Positions 28,501 to 35,592 of a stretch of 58,689 nt of DNA are shown here, piece by piece. This DNA is from Bdellovibrionota bacterium FG-2. GTDB taxonomy: Bacteria > Bdellovibrionota > UBA1018. The stretch lies in assembly GCA_051382305.1 (NCBI GenBank), contig JBBCAV010000151.1, positions 1 through 58,689 on the forward strand, read 5' to 3'. A program made the translations under genes and the position numbers. Position 1 is the first letter of the stretch. Each line of letters starts with the position of its first letter. The notes under the pieces were generated by a model, which was not told the DNA's origin, ran no database searches, and saw only the letters and a program-made list of their open reading frames with translations.

Positions 28501-29259
28501 CTTGCCGACGCGCGCATTGCGAGCGTCGCTGGCGTAGGCGCCTTGGGGCGTGCTCAGGGGGTTCGTGGGAAATTTCGTATTGCGGGGACTCCGCCCGACG
28601 GAGGCCCTCCCGTGGTTGAAAAAACGAGGGAGAAGCTTTTGAAAAATCCAGAGGACGCCGAGGCGTGGGTGGATTATGGTAACTTGCTGTGGGGGCAGGG
28701 CAAGCCTATTTTGGGTCGGATTGCTTACGATCGAGCAATGGCATTGGCGCCCAAAAACGTTTTGGCGATCAATAACCGAGCGGTGATGACTCTCGCTTCT
28801 GAAGGCGAAGAAAACTGGGCGGCGGCCGAAGCTGCGAATTACGGTTTTTCGCAAGCGTTGCGACTCAAAGACGATTTTTTGCCCGCGCTGATTAATCGGG
28901 CGCAGCTTTTGGGCTATTTTCGACTTTATGTAAAAGCTAAACCCTTGTTTGAAAAAGCCGCGAAAGAAGCAGCAAAAGGGGCTGGTGACACTCCCGAAGT
29001 CAAAGTGGGCCTAGCTGTCTGTTTTCAGGGAATGGGCGGTACCACCGCGAACGAGGGAATTCGGGCCCTGGGCTCTGACGCCGCGGGGAGATTTGCGCGG
29101 AGTTACCACGAGGCGGCTCTGGTTGCTAATGCGGGAGCCGAGGGTGCGGGCAAGTGTTTAGAGGGGCTTAAAGAGCTCGACGAGTTGAAGCTTGTAGGGT
29201 TTGAAAAGGATTCGACGGAGCGATTGAGAAAGGGTTGTGGTGTATGGAAAGACAAGTAG
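25564..29259 (+). CDS. gltD: Large TPR gliding protein, GltD(AgmU)-like with a GltE(AglT)-like C-terminal TPR region
   Basis: Signal peptide; LYLRLAEL, multiple TPRs, GltD-type Y..AV....W.IAGL.RLG....FA..I..IP.P block followed by about 230 aa of extra TPR. Confidence 0.72.
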   Translation: MSVIIKILSLALILGWSVSGTKALAQSAYSDSEIRNGETSEEAKIRELRGQEITQIRIALGRRAPENRRADLYLRLAELDLEGYRAEFLLEGRVHEKRIEKGQESPQIDRSHSRTFLAAGIRACKEILALEIAYARLDQVYYFLAYNSAELGNREESLRYFEHLIQKFPQSAYVSDGYRELGDSAFQAGDFQKAKSFFEAAAKGATPEQKPRILHKLAWVFYRLRQPDRAVIALKEAVEIASKGGEKFLSLKEEALRDMAIFMTEDGKVQDALAYFNTTSGDKTFFPKLLERLGKQYERNVQPEKATEVYETLLKTHPGSDAAFRVVAKLIDLDLRRGRNNDALTRLQKLTIPKSGDTETLTAAQNLRAMIRRTATEHHDEFRRKSNREALVVSEAYYTAYLGVFLSVEDSRKETPEIQMYLAEVKRELGKLPEASDLYRKVVDSRDQRYAKEAAALWTASLADAIQKQTAGNGTKTAKVSDPSDLEKQFVEATDTLQTSLGDTSEGRDSALKAAQVLAGYSGSQKEAVKRLKAIIDRTPKSSQALMAARLWLQVYSDQVPTVASMAADTDPVKLAVEGLKEAVKEVSENSALLANDQKNSGGKLKLFVSDLGQRLKIGLIARQEHGKDFGEAAKGYEALGLETAAKDVSEKAFASSLISFQKAGLAVDTERVSGEWLKRFPKSPKALESIRTSATGWFIAGSMLTSARLFEKLGREGGTPESLETAARIYEGEGEFAKSQLTREAFLSIHAKSPLRWSVALTLARSYASTDKENEAKRIYKFCLTGPAEVDAECASRLGDLLAKSGETVQAKGMYKKAAGLVTSGSSGQKGKAESFSPFVGYARFRLAEMMEGESHFESLQLPETQLKKALDQRMWFLEPLTKAYTAAVEVGGPWGIAGLHRLGLWAYNFAEEIDRIPPPASVTPGTDLVAFQAQFKKNLEALSVPLRTKAFSTWSEAYSKAVVLEILSPALPEILDGLADARIASVAGVGALGRAQGVRGKFRIAGTPPDGGPPVVEKTREKLLKNPEDAEAWVDYGNLLWGQGKPILGRIAYDRAMALAPKNVLAINNRAVMTLASEGEENWAAAEAANYGFSQALRLKDDFLPALINRAQLLGYFRLYVKAKPLFEKAAKEAAKGAGDTPEVKVGLAVCFQGMGGTTANEGIRALGSDAAGRFARSYHEAALVANAGAEGAGKCLEGLKELDELKLVGFEKDSTERLRKGCGVWKDK

Positions 29260-29558
29260 GGGTCTTCTTGGCAGTTTGCGCGGTTTTTGGAGCTTCTGTT
29301 TGCGTTTTAGGCGTCAGGGATAGTGCAGCCCAAGAGCCTGCGGAGGCTGTTGTCCCCGCGGCCGGCGTGAAGAAGACGCGTACTGTGTTTCCGCAAAAAA
29401 CGGAGCTCAATTTTGATGGAATCAATATTCAAGGAGAGATCAAGGCACCGGGCGAGTTCTATTTTCAGAACCGGAACGAAGAGAAGTTTGAGTCTTGGGT
29501 GAAGCGGCGGAAAAACTTTCATCCCGAGATGCTTCGTGATGCTCTGATGACAAAGTGA
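29244..29558 (+). CDS. gltF: GltF/CglF-like small exported gliding protein
   Basis: Signal peptide; KTELNFDGINIQGEIKAP...KFESWVKRRKNF; located just before gltG. Confidence 0.75.
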   Translation: MERQVGVFLAVCAVFGASVCVLGVRDSAAQEPAEAVVPAAGVKKTRTVFPQKTELNFDGINIQGEIKAPGEFYFQNRNEEKFESWVKRRKNFHPEMLRDALMTK

Positions 29559-29584
29559 GAAAAAAATATGCCTGAGAAAGTACT

Positions 29585-31609
29585 ATGACAGATAAGACCA
29601 AGCCCACCCCCGACACCGCGTCCGATCCGACCAAAGCAATTGAGGGTTTCCGCGAGGTTATTGCTCCTCAACGGACTAAACCGGTCATGGTCTTAGAGAG
29701 TGTGGATGGAACTCATCGATTTGATAAGGACCGGATTGTGATTGGTTCTGTTGTTTCTGCTGATTTGCGCATCGGAGGCGAGGGAGTGGCTCCTCTGCAT
29801 GCGGTTATTGAGCATGGAGAAGATGGGCGAGTGACGGTTTTTGATCTTGCCAGTGAGACGGGGGTCTTTGTTAATGGCAAGAAGACTGTTTTGGAGGTTC
29901 TCGCAGAAGGCGCCAAGATTACGCTGGGACGATATAGTTTCAAATTCTCATTAGATAAACCTCCGAGCGCGAATGTTTTACCCCCGCCTTCCAGAGAGGC
30001 CGAGGGACGAAAACTTTTCTTGGACCCCAAAGAAGATTTCACGTCTTTACTTTTGGAAGACTCGTCGAAGGTCCAAGATATTTTTGATTACCGACCCACG
30101 CAAAAACAAGCGCTTGAAGTCGTCTATTCATGGAACATTGCCGGTTCTGACGGAGTTCTGGATGTTCAACATTTTGTGGACGCGGAGCGAGTGTGCATCG
30201 GTCCTACGCGGGAGGCGGATTTTGGGATTCCTCCGCTTTTACCGCAACTCAGTGCGCAGGGGAGTTTTGATTTAGTGACGCGGGTTGGGAAAGACTATGT
30301 TTTGAATTTGGATGTTCCGATGAAGGGGGTCGTTCATCGCAACGGGCAGCTGCAAAATCTTGATCAACTCAAGCAGGCGTATCAAGTTACCTTGGGTAAA
30401 GATGATTTTGCGAAGATTACGCTGGGGCCTTTGGATTTTTATCTTAGTTTCACCGCAGCGCCCCCGAGGTTGAAACCGAGCAAGATGATCGAGCGCGATC
30501 CGTTGTTTTTTAAAATCTTCGGTGCCTCGTGTTTGCTTTCAGTTGTACTCATAACGGCTTTGCTCAAGATCAATGTGCCTCAATATGTTGATGTGGAGCA
30601 GGTGCCGGAGCGTATTGCCACGATCCTGTATCGACCCGAGAAGTTCTCAGCAAAGAAACCCGTGCTTCTTAAGGAACCCCCGCCCCCTCTTGAGAAGATC
30701 GCCCTTGAGCTTAAGGCTGCGGATCCTAACAAAGCGGTTCCAAAGGAAATGCAAGTCGCTAATAAGCGTGATGAGCAGAGTGCGCCAGCCACCAAGAAAA
30801 ATGCAAAACCCAAAGGGCAACACAAAGCAAAAGAGGGGCAAGGAGCGCGCGCCAAAGGCAAAGAAGGTGAGCGTGGTTCTAAGACTTCTAAGCGAGATTT
30901 GGAAAAACAGGAACAAGCGATGAGGGCTGCTCCGGGTGGGGGCGAAGGCAAAGGGGGCGGAAATAGCAAGGTTGCTGATGAAGGAAACCTAGATCTTCTT
31001 AAATCAGCTGCCGGAAAAATTCAGAATTTACTGGGCAACAGCGCTGCGCAACTTGGAAAAAGTGGCTCAAAACTTAAGGGCTTTGGGGGCTTTGATACGG
31101 GCGGAGGCGGCGGCCTTGCGCTTTCGGGAGCAGGCAAAGGAGGCGGAGGCACTGATGCGACGACGTTGGGCGGCCTCTCAAATGAAGGCCGCGGGGGCGC
31201 GCGCGTGGGCACCGGCATGGGCGCTGCGGGCACGGGCAGCGGCATTGTGGGGGGGCAAACGCGGGTCGCGATTCGCATGGGTGGAGATGAAGAAACCGTT
31301 GTCATGGGGGCAATTGATCGGGAAGCGGTTGAAGCGGCGATTTTGGCTCATCGAGATGAATTTAGACTTTGTTATGAAAAAGAAATCAACGCGGAGAACC
31401 CGCATCTTGCCGGGCGAGTGGGTACGAGTTTTGTAATTGGCGCGTCGGGCAGTGTGACTCAGGCTGGGCTTGAATCCACGACGCTTAATAACGCAAACAC
31501 GGAACGCTGTATTTTGGGTGTACTTAAGCGGATTCAGTTTCCGATCCCTCGTGGTGCGGGCATCGTGCAGGTGAGTTACGCGTTTAAGTATAGTTCAGGG
31601 GGAAAGTAG
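29585..31609 (+). CDS. gltG: GltG (PglI/AgmX-type): FHA domain, TM helix, Lys/Gly-rich linker, TonB-like C-terminal domain
   Basis: FHA-like IGS...HAVIE...DLAS..GVFVNG; single TM; FRLCYEKE...GRV...FVIG...CI.....IQFP.PRG.G.V.VSY.F. Confidence 0.85.
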   Translation: MTDKTKPTPDTASDPTKAIEGFREVIAPQRTKPVMVLESVDGTHRFDKDRIVIGSVVSADLRIGGEGVAPLHAVIEHGEDGRVTVFDLASETGVFVNGKKTVLEVLAEGAKITLGRYSFKFSLDKPPSANVLPPPSREAEGRKLFLDPKEDFTSLLLEDSSKVQDIFDYRPTQKQALEVVYSWNIAGSDGVLDVQHFVDAERVCIGPTREADFGIPPLLPQLSAQGSFDLVTRVGKDYVLNLDVPMKGVVHRNGQLQNLDQLKQAYQVTLGKDDFAKITLGPLDFYLSFTAAPPRLKPSKMIERDPLFFKIFGASCLLSVVLITALLKINVPQYVDVEQVPERIATILYRPEKFSAKKPVLLKEPPPPLEKIALELKAADPNKAVPKEMQVANKRDEQSAPATKKNAKPKGQHKAKEGQGARAKGKEGERGSKTSKRDLEKQEQAMRAAPGGGEGKGGGNSKVADEGNLDLLKSAAGKIQNLLGNSAAQLGKSGSKLKGFGGFDTGGGGGLALSGAGKGGGGTDATTLGGLSNEGRGGARVGTGMGAAGTGSGIVGGQTRVAIRMGGDEETVVMGAIDREAVEAAILAHRDEFRLCYEKEINAENPHLAGRVGTSFVIGASGSVTQAGLESTTLNNANTERCILGVLKRIQFPIPRGAGIVQVSYAFKYSSGGK

Positions 31610-31611
31610 AG

Positions 31612-32211
31612 TTATCGCTTATCAGGCGAGTCTACTGAGGCGTCAGTAGACTCGTCACTCGTAATTTCGGCGGTTTTTTCCTTGATCGATTTGAAGCGCA
31701 TAAGGAAAACCGGCGCAAAGGCCGCGCAGTACGAATAAAAACCGTATTTCAGACCGCGTCCGACAAAGACGCTGGCAAAGATCGCGAGTAGTGAAACATG
31801 AGCAAGGCGGCATAAAGCCACAGCCACCTGTTGAGGCAGCGGCGTCATTGCGACAAGGATCAGGCCCCAGGCCCCATGCTTTGAAACAATTAAAGCGGTT
31901 TTGTTCCAGTTCTCTCCCGTGTACCAAGAACTTAAATGCTCCCGCACCAAGGGTTCTCCCCATAAATCGATACAGTAAGCTGAAGCAATCGCACCCAAGG
32001 CGGAGCCAAACGTCGCGATAAAGAAAACTCGGAGCCAGTCTTTTTTACGCAGTAGCACGGAGCCCACGACAAGTGCGTCCATGGGGATGACGATGACAAA
32101 AAAATCGATGAAGGAGAGAAAAAATATCGAAGGCAAAAACCAGCGCGAGTAGGCTCGCTCACGCATGCGGGCAAAGAATTTTAGAATGGGGTGGCAGTTT
32201 TTTTTACTCAC
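31612..32211 (-). CDS. YqaA/DedA (VTT domain) membrane protein
   Basis: SFIDFFVIVIPMDAL, ATFGSALGA, AMTPLP, FVGRGLKY; GTGA overlap with the aglS stop. Confidence 0.8.
   Translation of the reverse strand: MSKKNCHPILKFFARMRERAYSRWFLPSIFFLSFIDFFVIVIPMDALVVGSVLLRKKDWLRVFFIATFGSALGAIASAYCIDLWGEPLVREHLSSWYTGENWNKTALIVSKHGAWGLILVAMTPLPQQVAVALCRLAHVSLLAIFASVFVGRGLKYGFYSYCAAFAPVFLMRFKSIKEKTAEITSDESTDASVDSPDKR
31627..31654. terminator. Perfect 12-bp stem hairpin at the convergence of the glt and agl operons
   Basis: CGAGTCTACTGA-GGCG-TCAGTAGACTCG, starting 18 nt after the gltG stop; no U-tract, so function is inferred. Confidence 0.4.
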
Positions 32212-32780
32212 TCTCTTTTTTGGGCGAGAAAACGGAAAACTTTATAGCCCGCAGCTCCTGCCGTGTACATAACACGACGGATGGTGTCGTAGCGAACTCT
32301 TTTATCGGCTTGAATGGCAAGGACCCCTTCAAAAGGAAGCGGATTGCCTTGCGCATCGCGAGTGGGTGATTTGGCGCGCAAAAGCTCAGACTTGTTCCTC
32401 GCTTTTATCAACGCATCATAAAGCGGGATCACCCGTCTACCCCCTTCATCGAGATCTGAAGGGCGCAGGGAATACGTCGCTTCTGTGCTGCCTAAATCGC
32501 CTGCATTGCGCATAAACTCCAAGATGCGTTCATTTTCAAAGGTCATTGCTTCAGGGGTTAGAATCAAATGAAGGCTGTCGGGAGGCGAATCGGGCGAAAA
32601 AGAGTAAGGCAATTGCAGGCCCGGGGCAGAGCCAAATTGGTTGGTCGCGGTGGAGTAGCTTTTTAGCAAAAATACAACGATGATAATGAGCATATCCATC
32701 ATGCTCGTAAGTTGCAGTTCAAAGTGCTGTGCAACCCGTTTGCGCCCGCGTCTTCCTCGGATTGATTTTCGAAAACTCAT
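32208..32780 (-). CDS. aglS: ExbD/TolR-family gliding motor subunit AglS-like
   Basis: LQLTSMMDMLIIIVVFLLKS TM with conserved Asp; IQADK..Y..I..VMYTA..AGY. Confidence 0.8.
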   Translation of the reverse strand: MSFRKSIRGRRGRKRVAQHFELQLTSMMDMLIIIVVFLLKSYSTATNQFGSAPGLQLPYSFSPDSPPDSLHLILTPEAMTFENERILEFMRNAGDLGSTEATYSLRPSDLDEGGRRVIPLYDALIKARNKSELLRAKSPTRDAQGNPLPFEGVLAIQADKRVRYDTIRRVMYTAGAAGYKVFRFLAQKRE

Positions 32781-33355
32781 GCGCCGCCCTCTGTTTCAAG
32801 GAGGTTTCCGAAGATGATTTCTGGGAACAGCGTTTTGACCGTTTCTGAATTTCCGGTCTTTGGATTCTTGCGAAAAAGCGGAGGATCCGAGGGTTCCATA
32901 AGACGGGCTGCGTCCATCACGCCAATGAGTAAGTCGTAATTTGCCGCGGCGTAAGGGACCAAGATGAGCTGGGTTTCTTCGGGGAATTGCTGTTTAATTG
33001 CCACCAGCGCATCGTGAATTTTCTTGATGTCGGGCTGTCCGGGGGGGTGCCCCGCAGGTTGGCTTGGCGCCGAGTGGGTAATAATTTTGCTCGGAATTCG
33101 ATCAAAGGGGCTCCATAACTCAATCTCTTTTTCGCGCAAGCTCAGCGTAAGTTGCAAGGGGCGTTCTTTGACCTTCTTTTCGACTTGGGCAGAACTGGTT
33201 TCGGGAAAAGGGGACTCAATGCTGACAATCGCCAAAAAGGATGTCGTAAAGAGCAAAAAGCCAATCAGCGTTACCATCGTATCCAAAATGGGCACGAGGT
33301 TGAGCTCAATCTGCTTGTGCTTGCTCTTTCGTTTGGAAGTGGGGCGTTTTAGCAC
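32777..33355 (-). CDS. aglQ: ExbD/TolR-family gliding motor subunit AglQ-like
   Basis: ELNLVPILDTMVTLIGFLL; IKQQFPEE...YDLLIGVMDAAR...LFP. Confidence 0.8.
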   Translation of the reverse strand: MLKRPTSKRKSKHKQIELNLVPILDTMVTLIGFLLFTTSFLAIVSIESPFPETSSAQVEKKVKERPLQLTLSLREKEIELWSPFDRIPSKIITHSAPSQPAGHPPGQPDIKKIHDALVAIKQQFPEETQLILVPYAAANYDLLIGVMDAARLMEPSDPPLFRKNPKTGNSETVKTLFPEIIFGNLLETEGGA

Positions 33356-33391
33356 GCGCTTTGTTCCTCTCCGTCTCTTAGTGCCGGGGAC

Positions 33392-34060
33392 TTATTCTGA
33401 TTGTTGAGAGGGCTGGCGATATTTTCGGGCCGACAACAGATCCAAAAGTTTCACTCCAAACTCATCAAGTTCCTCAAGCAGGTTGTTCGCTTTGCTTGTG
33501 AGAATACTGTGAGAGATCATCGTAAAAATCGCGGTCAATAGACCAAAGGCCGTGGCGTTCATGGCTTCGCTAATCCCGTTCGAAAGAATGGCTTGTCGTT
33601 GCGCGGGGTCTGCAAGAGCAATGGCGGCGAAGGCTTTGATCAAACCACTGATGGTTCCCAATAATCCAAGCAGCGTTGCAATGTTGGCGATGAGGGCCAA
33701 GAAGGGGAGTCTGCGCTCAAGCTTGGGGATGATCTCCAGACTTGCTGCATCAATAGCGTTTTGAATTTGGGTTTCATCGCGCGAGGCCCGTTGAAGACCT
33801 GCCTTGATCACTCGTGGAAGCGCTGCTTTGCCCGCGCCATTGCAGAGTCGAATGGCGCCATCGAGATCGCTGGCGAGTACGTATTTTTGGATTTCGAACA
33901 TAAATGACGCGCCGTCTACGTTATATTGAAAATAAAGGCGCACAAAACGTTCAATTGAAAAGGCCACCGAAATCGCAAGTGCGATGGCGATAGGGATCAT
34001 CCACCCTCCGCCTGCCTGAAAACCTGCTACCAGACCTTGAATGTAGTTCCCCGATTCCAT
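33392..34060 (-). CDS. aglR: MotA/TolQ/ExbB-family proton channel AglR-like
   Basis: GGGWM.PI....IERF, NIATLLGLLGTISGLI.AF, GISEAMNATAFGL; SD GGAG. Confidence 0.85.
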   Translation of the reverse strand: MESGNYIQGLVAGFQAGGGWMIPIAIALAISVAFSIERFVRLYFQYNVDGASFMFEIQKYVLASDLDGAIRLCNGAGKAALPRVIKAGLQRASRDETQIQNAIDAASLEIIPKLERRLPFLALIANIATLLGLLGTISGLIKAFAAIALADPAQRQAILSNGISEAMNATAFGLLTAIFTMISHSILTSKANNLLEELDEFGVKLLDLLSARKYRQPSQQSE

Positions 34061-34155
34061 GAGTGGGCTCCTTTGATAGAAATCTATCTATATGATTATC
34101 TATAGGATACCGAATCCCGGCTCAGGGTCAAACGAATTTAAATCAACGTGACAGG

Positions 34156-34488
34156 CTATAGATGTTTTTGGATCGTTTGGACGATCGTATCTTTCGGATG
34201 GTTTCCGACCAATTGATCGACGAGTTGACCGTTTTTGATGAAAAGCACGGTCGGAATGCCACGAACGTGAAACTGGGTCGGGGTCGCAGGATTTTCATCC
34301 ACGTTCATTTTGAAAACCTTCATTTTACCAGCATATTCATCGGCAATTTGCTCAATCACCGGGGTGAGCGCACGACAGGGGCCGCACCATTCGGCCCAAA
34401 AATCAACCAGCGCAAGCTGGGCGGAGCCTTTGACCTCTGTTTGAAAGTTAGCGTCGGTTGCGATCAAAACATTCTTTGAAGTTGTCAT
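34156..34488 (-). CDS. trxA: Thioredoxin
   Basis: VDFWAEWCGPC, NVDENP, GIPT. Confidence 0.97.
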   Translation of the reverse strand: MTTSKNVLIATDANFQTEVKGSAQLALVDFWAEWCGPCRALTPVIEQIADEYAGKMKVFKMNVDENPATPTQFHVRGIPTVLFIKNGQLVDQLVGNHPKDTIVQTIQKHL

Positions 34489-34511
34489 AGTTTTTATTGT
34501 ATAAAAGATTC

Positions 34512-35120
34512 ATGAGCACGACGCAAGCGAACTTAAACCCAACTCAATATTTGGCGCAAACTTTTGAAGAGACGCTGGCTGCACAGCGGCAGTTTTTCGA
34601 AAGCCATAGCGAAAACCTCATAAAAGGCGCCAAAGCAATGGGTGACGCGATTGCCAAGGGCGGTAAAATCTTGATTTTTGGAAACGGAGGCTCTGCGGCC
34701 GACGCGCAGCATATGGCCGCGGAACTAGTGGGTCGCATGCTTATTGAGCGTCTCCCTCTTCCGGCGCTTGCGCTCTCGACGGATACCTCGAACCTCACGG
34801 CGATTGGCAATGACTATGGGTTTGAACACGTTTTTACGAAGCAACTTCAGGCCTTGGCCAAAAAAGGTGATGTGGTGGTTGCGATTTCAACCTCGGGAAA
34901 TTCACCTAATATTTTGTCCGCTGTCAGAGAGGCTCGCAAAATGGGATGTTTTGTCATTGCGATGACGGGTGGCGGTGGAGGGAAGCTTAAACATGAGTGT
35001 GATCTCTCGCTTAACGTGGAGCTCGGTAAAAATTCATGCCGGATTCAAGAAGCTCACGCGTTTGCGATTCATTGCTTGGTTGATATTTTAGATCGTTATT
35101 TTCTGCCGGGAGCGAAGTAG
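34512..35120 (+). CDS. gmhA: Phosphoheptose (sedoheptulose-7-phosphate) isomerase
   Basis: FGNGGSAADAQH.AAEL, TAIGNDYG, ISTSGNS, RIQEAH. Confidence 0.95.
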   Translation: MSTTQANLNPTQYLAQTFEETLAAQRQFFESHSENLIKGAKAMGDAIAKGGKILIFGNGGSAADAQHMAAELVGRMLIERLPLPALALSTDTSNLTAIGNDYGFEHVFTKQLQALAKKGDVVVAISTSGNSPNILSAVREARKMGCFVIAMTGGGGGKLKHECDLSLNVELGKNSCRIQEAHAFAIHCLVDILDRYFLPGAK

Positions 35121-35124
35121 ACTT

Positions 35125-35592
35125 ATGGCGCACCTGCGAGTCAGTGTCCTGAATCGTGTGGTCGCAAAGTCCATTGACCTTGTGCTGGTAATTGCCGTGT
35201 CGATCGCGTTTCCATACCCGGTGGGCCCGCTGGTGGGGTTTCTCTATAGTCTTTTTGCGGATGGAATAACGCGTGCTGGTTTTCACGGGCAGAGTTTGGG
35301 AAAACGCGTGCTCAATCTTCGCGTGGTGAGCACCAAACGGGGCGGGAGTGCGACGTTTCGTGATTCGTTATTACGAAATGCGCCCGTGGGGATAGCGACT
35401 TTTTTTGCGTTGATTCCGGTTTGGGGATGGCTCATTTTGATTCTTGTAGGAATTCCTCTGATGCTAATTGAAGTTTATCTCATGGCCACTGTGGCCGCAG
35501 GTCATCGTTTGGGTGACGTGCTTGGTGATACGGAAGTGGTTGAATCTCATGCCCCAAAAAAATATCAAGACACTCTACCTGCTGGACATTAG
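35125..35592 (+). CDS. RDD family membrane protein
   Basis: NRVVAKSID, GQSLGKRVLNLRVV, LLRN, RLGDVLGDTEVV. Confidence 0.85.
   Translation: MAHLRVSVLNRVVAKSIDLVLVIAVSIAFPYPVGPLVGFLYSLFADGITRAGFHGQSLGKRVLNLRVVSTKRGGSATFRDSLLRNAPVGIATFFALIPVWGWLILILVGIPLMLIEVYLMATVAAGHRLGDVLGDTEVVESHAPKKYQDTLPAGH

Noticed and set aside
31080-31260. GGC-rich repetitive sequence in gltG
   Set aside because: The Gly-rich linker is normal for GltG-family proteins; not a DNA repeat element
32208-34060. Calling the ExbB/ExbD genes a TonB iron-uptake or Tol-Pal system
   Set aside because: Two ExbD-like genes with AglQ/AglS-type motifs sit next to the glt operon, with no tolB, pal or TonB-dependent receptor in the window
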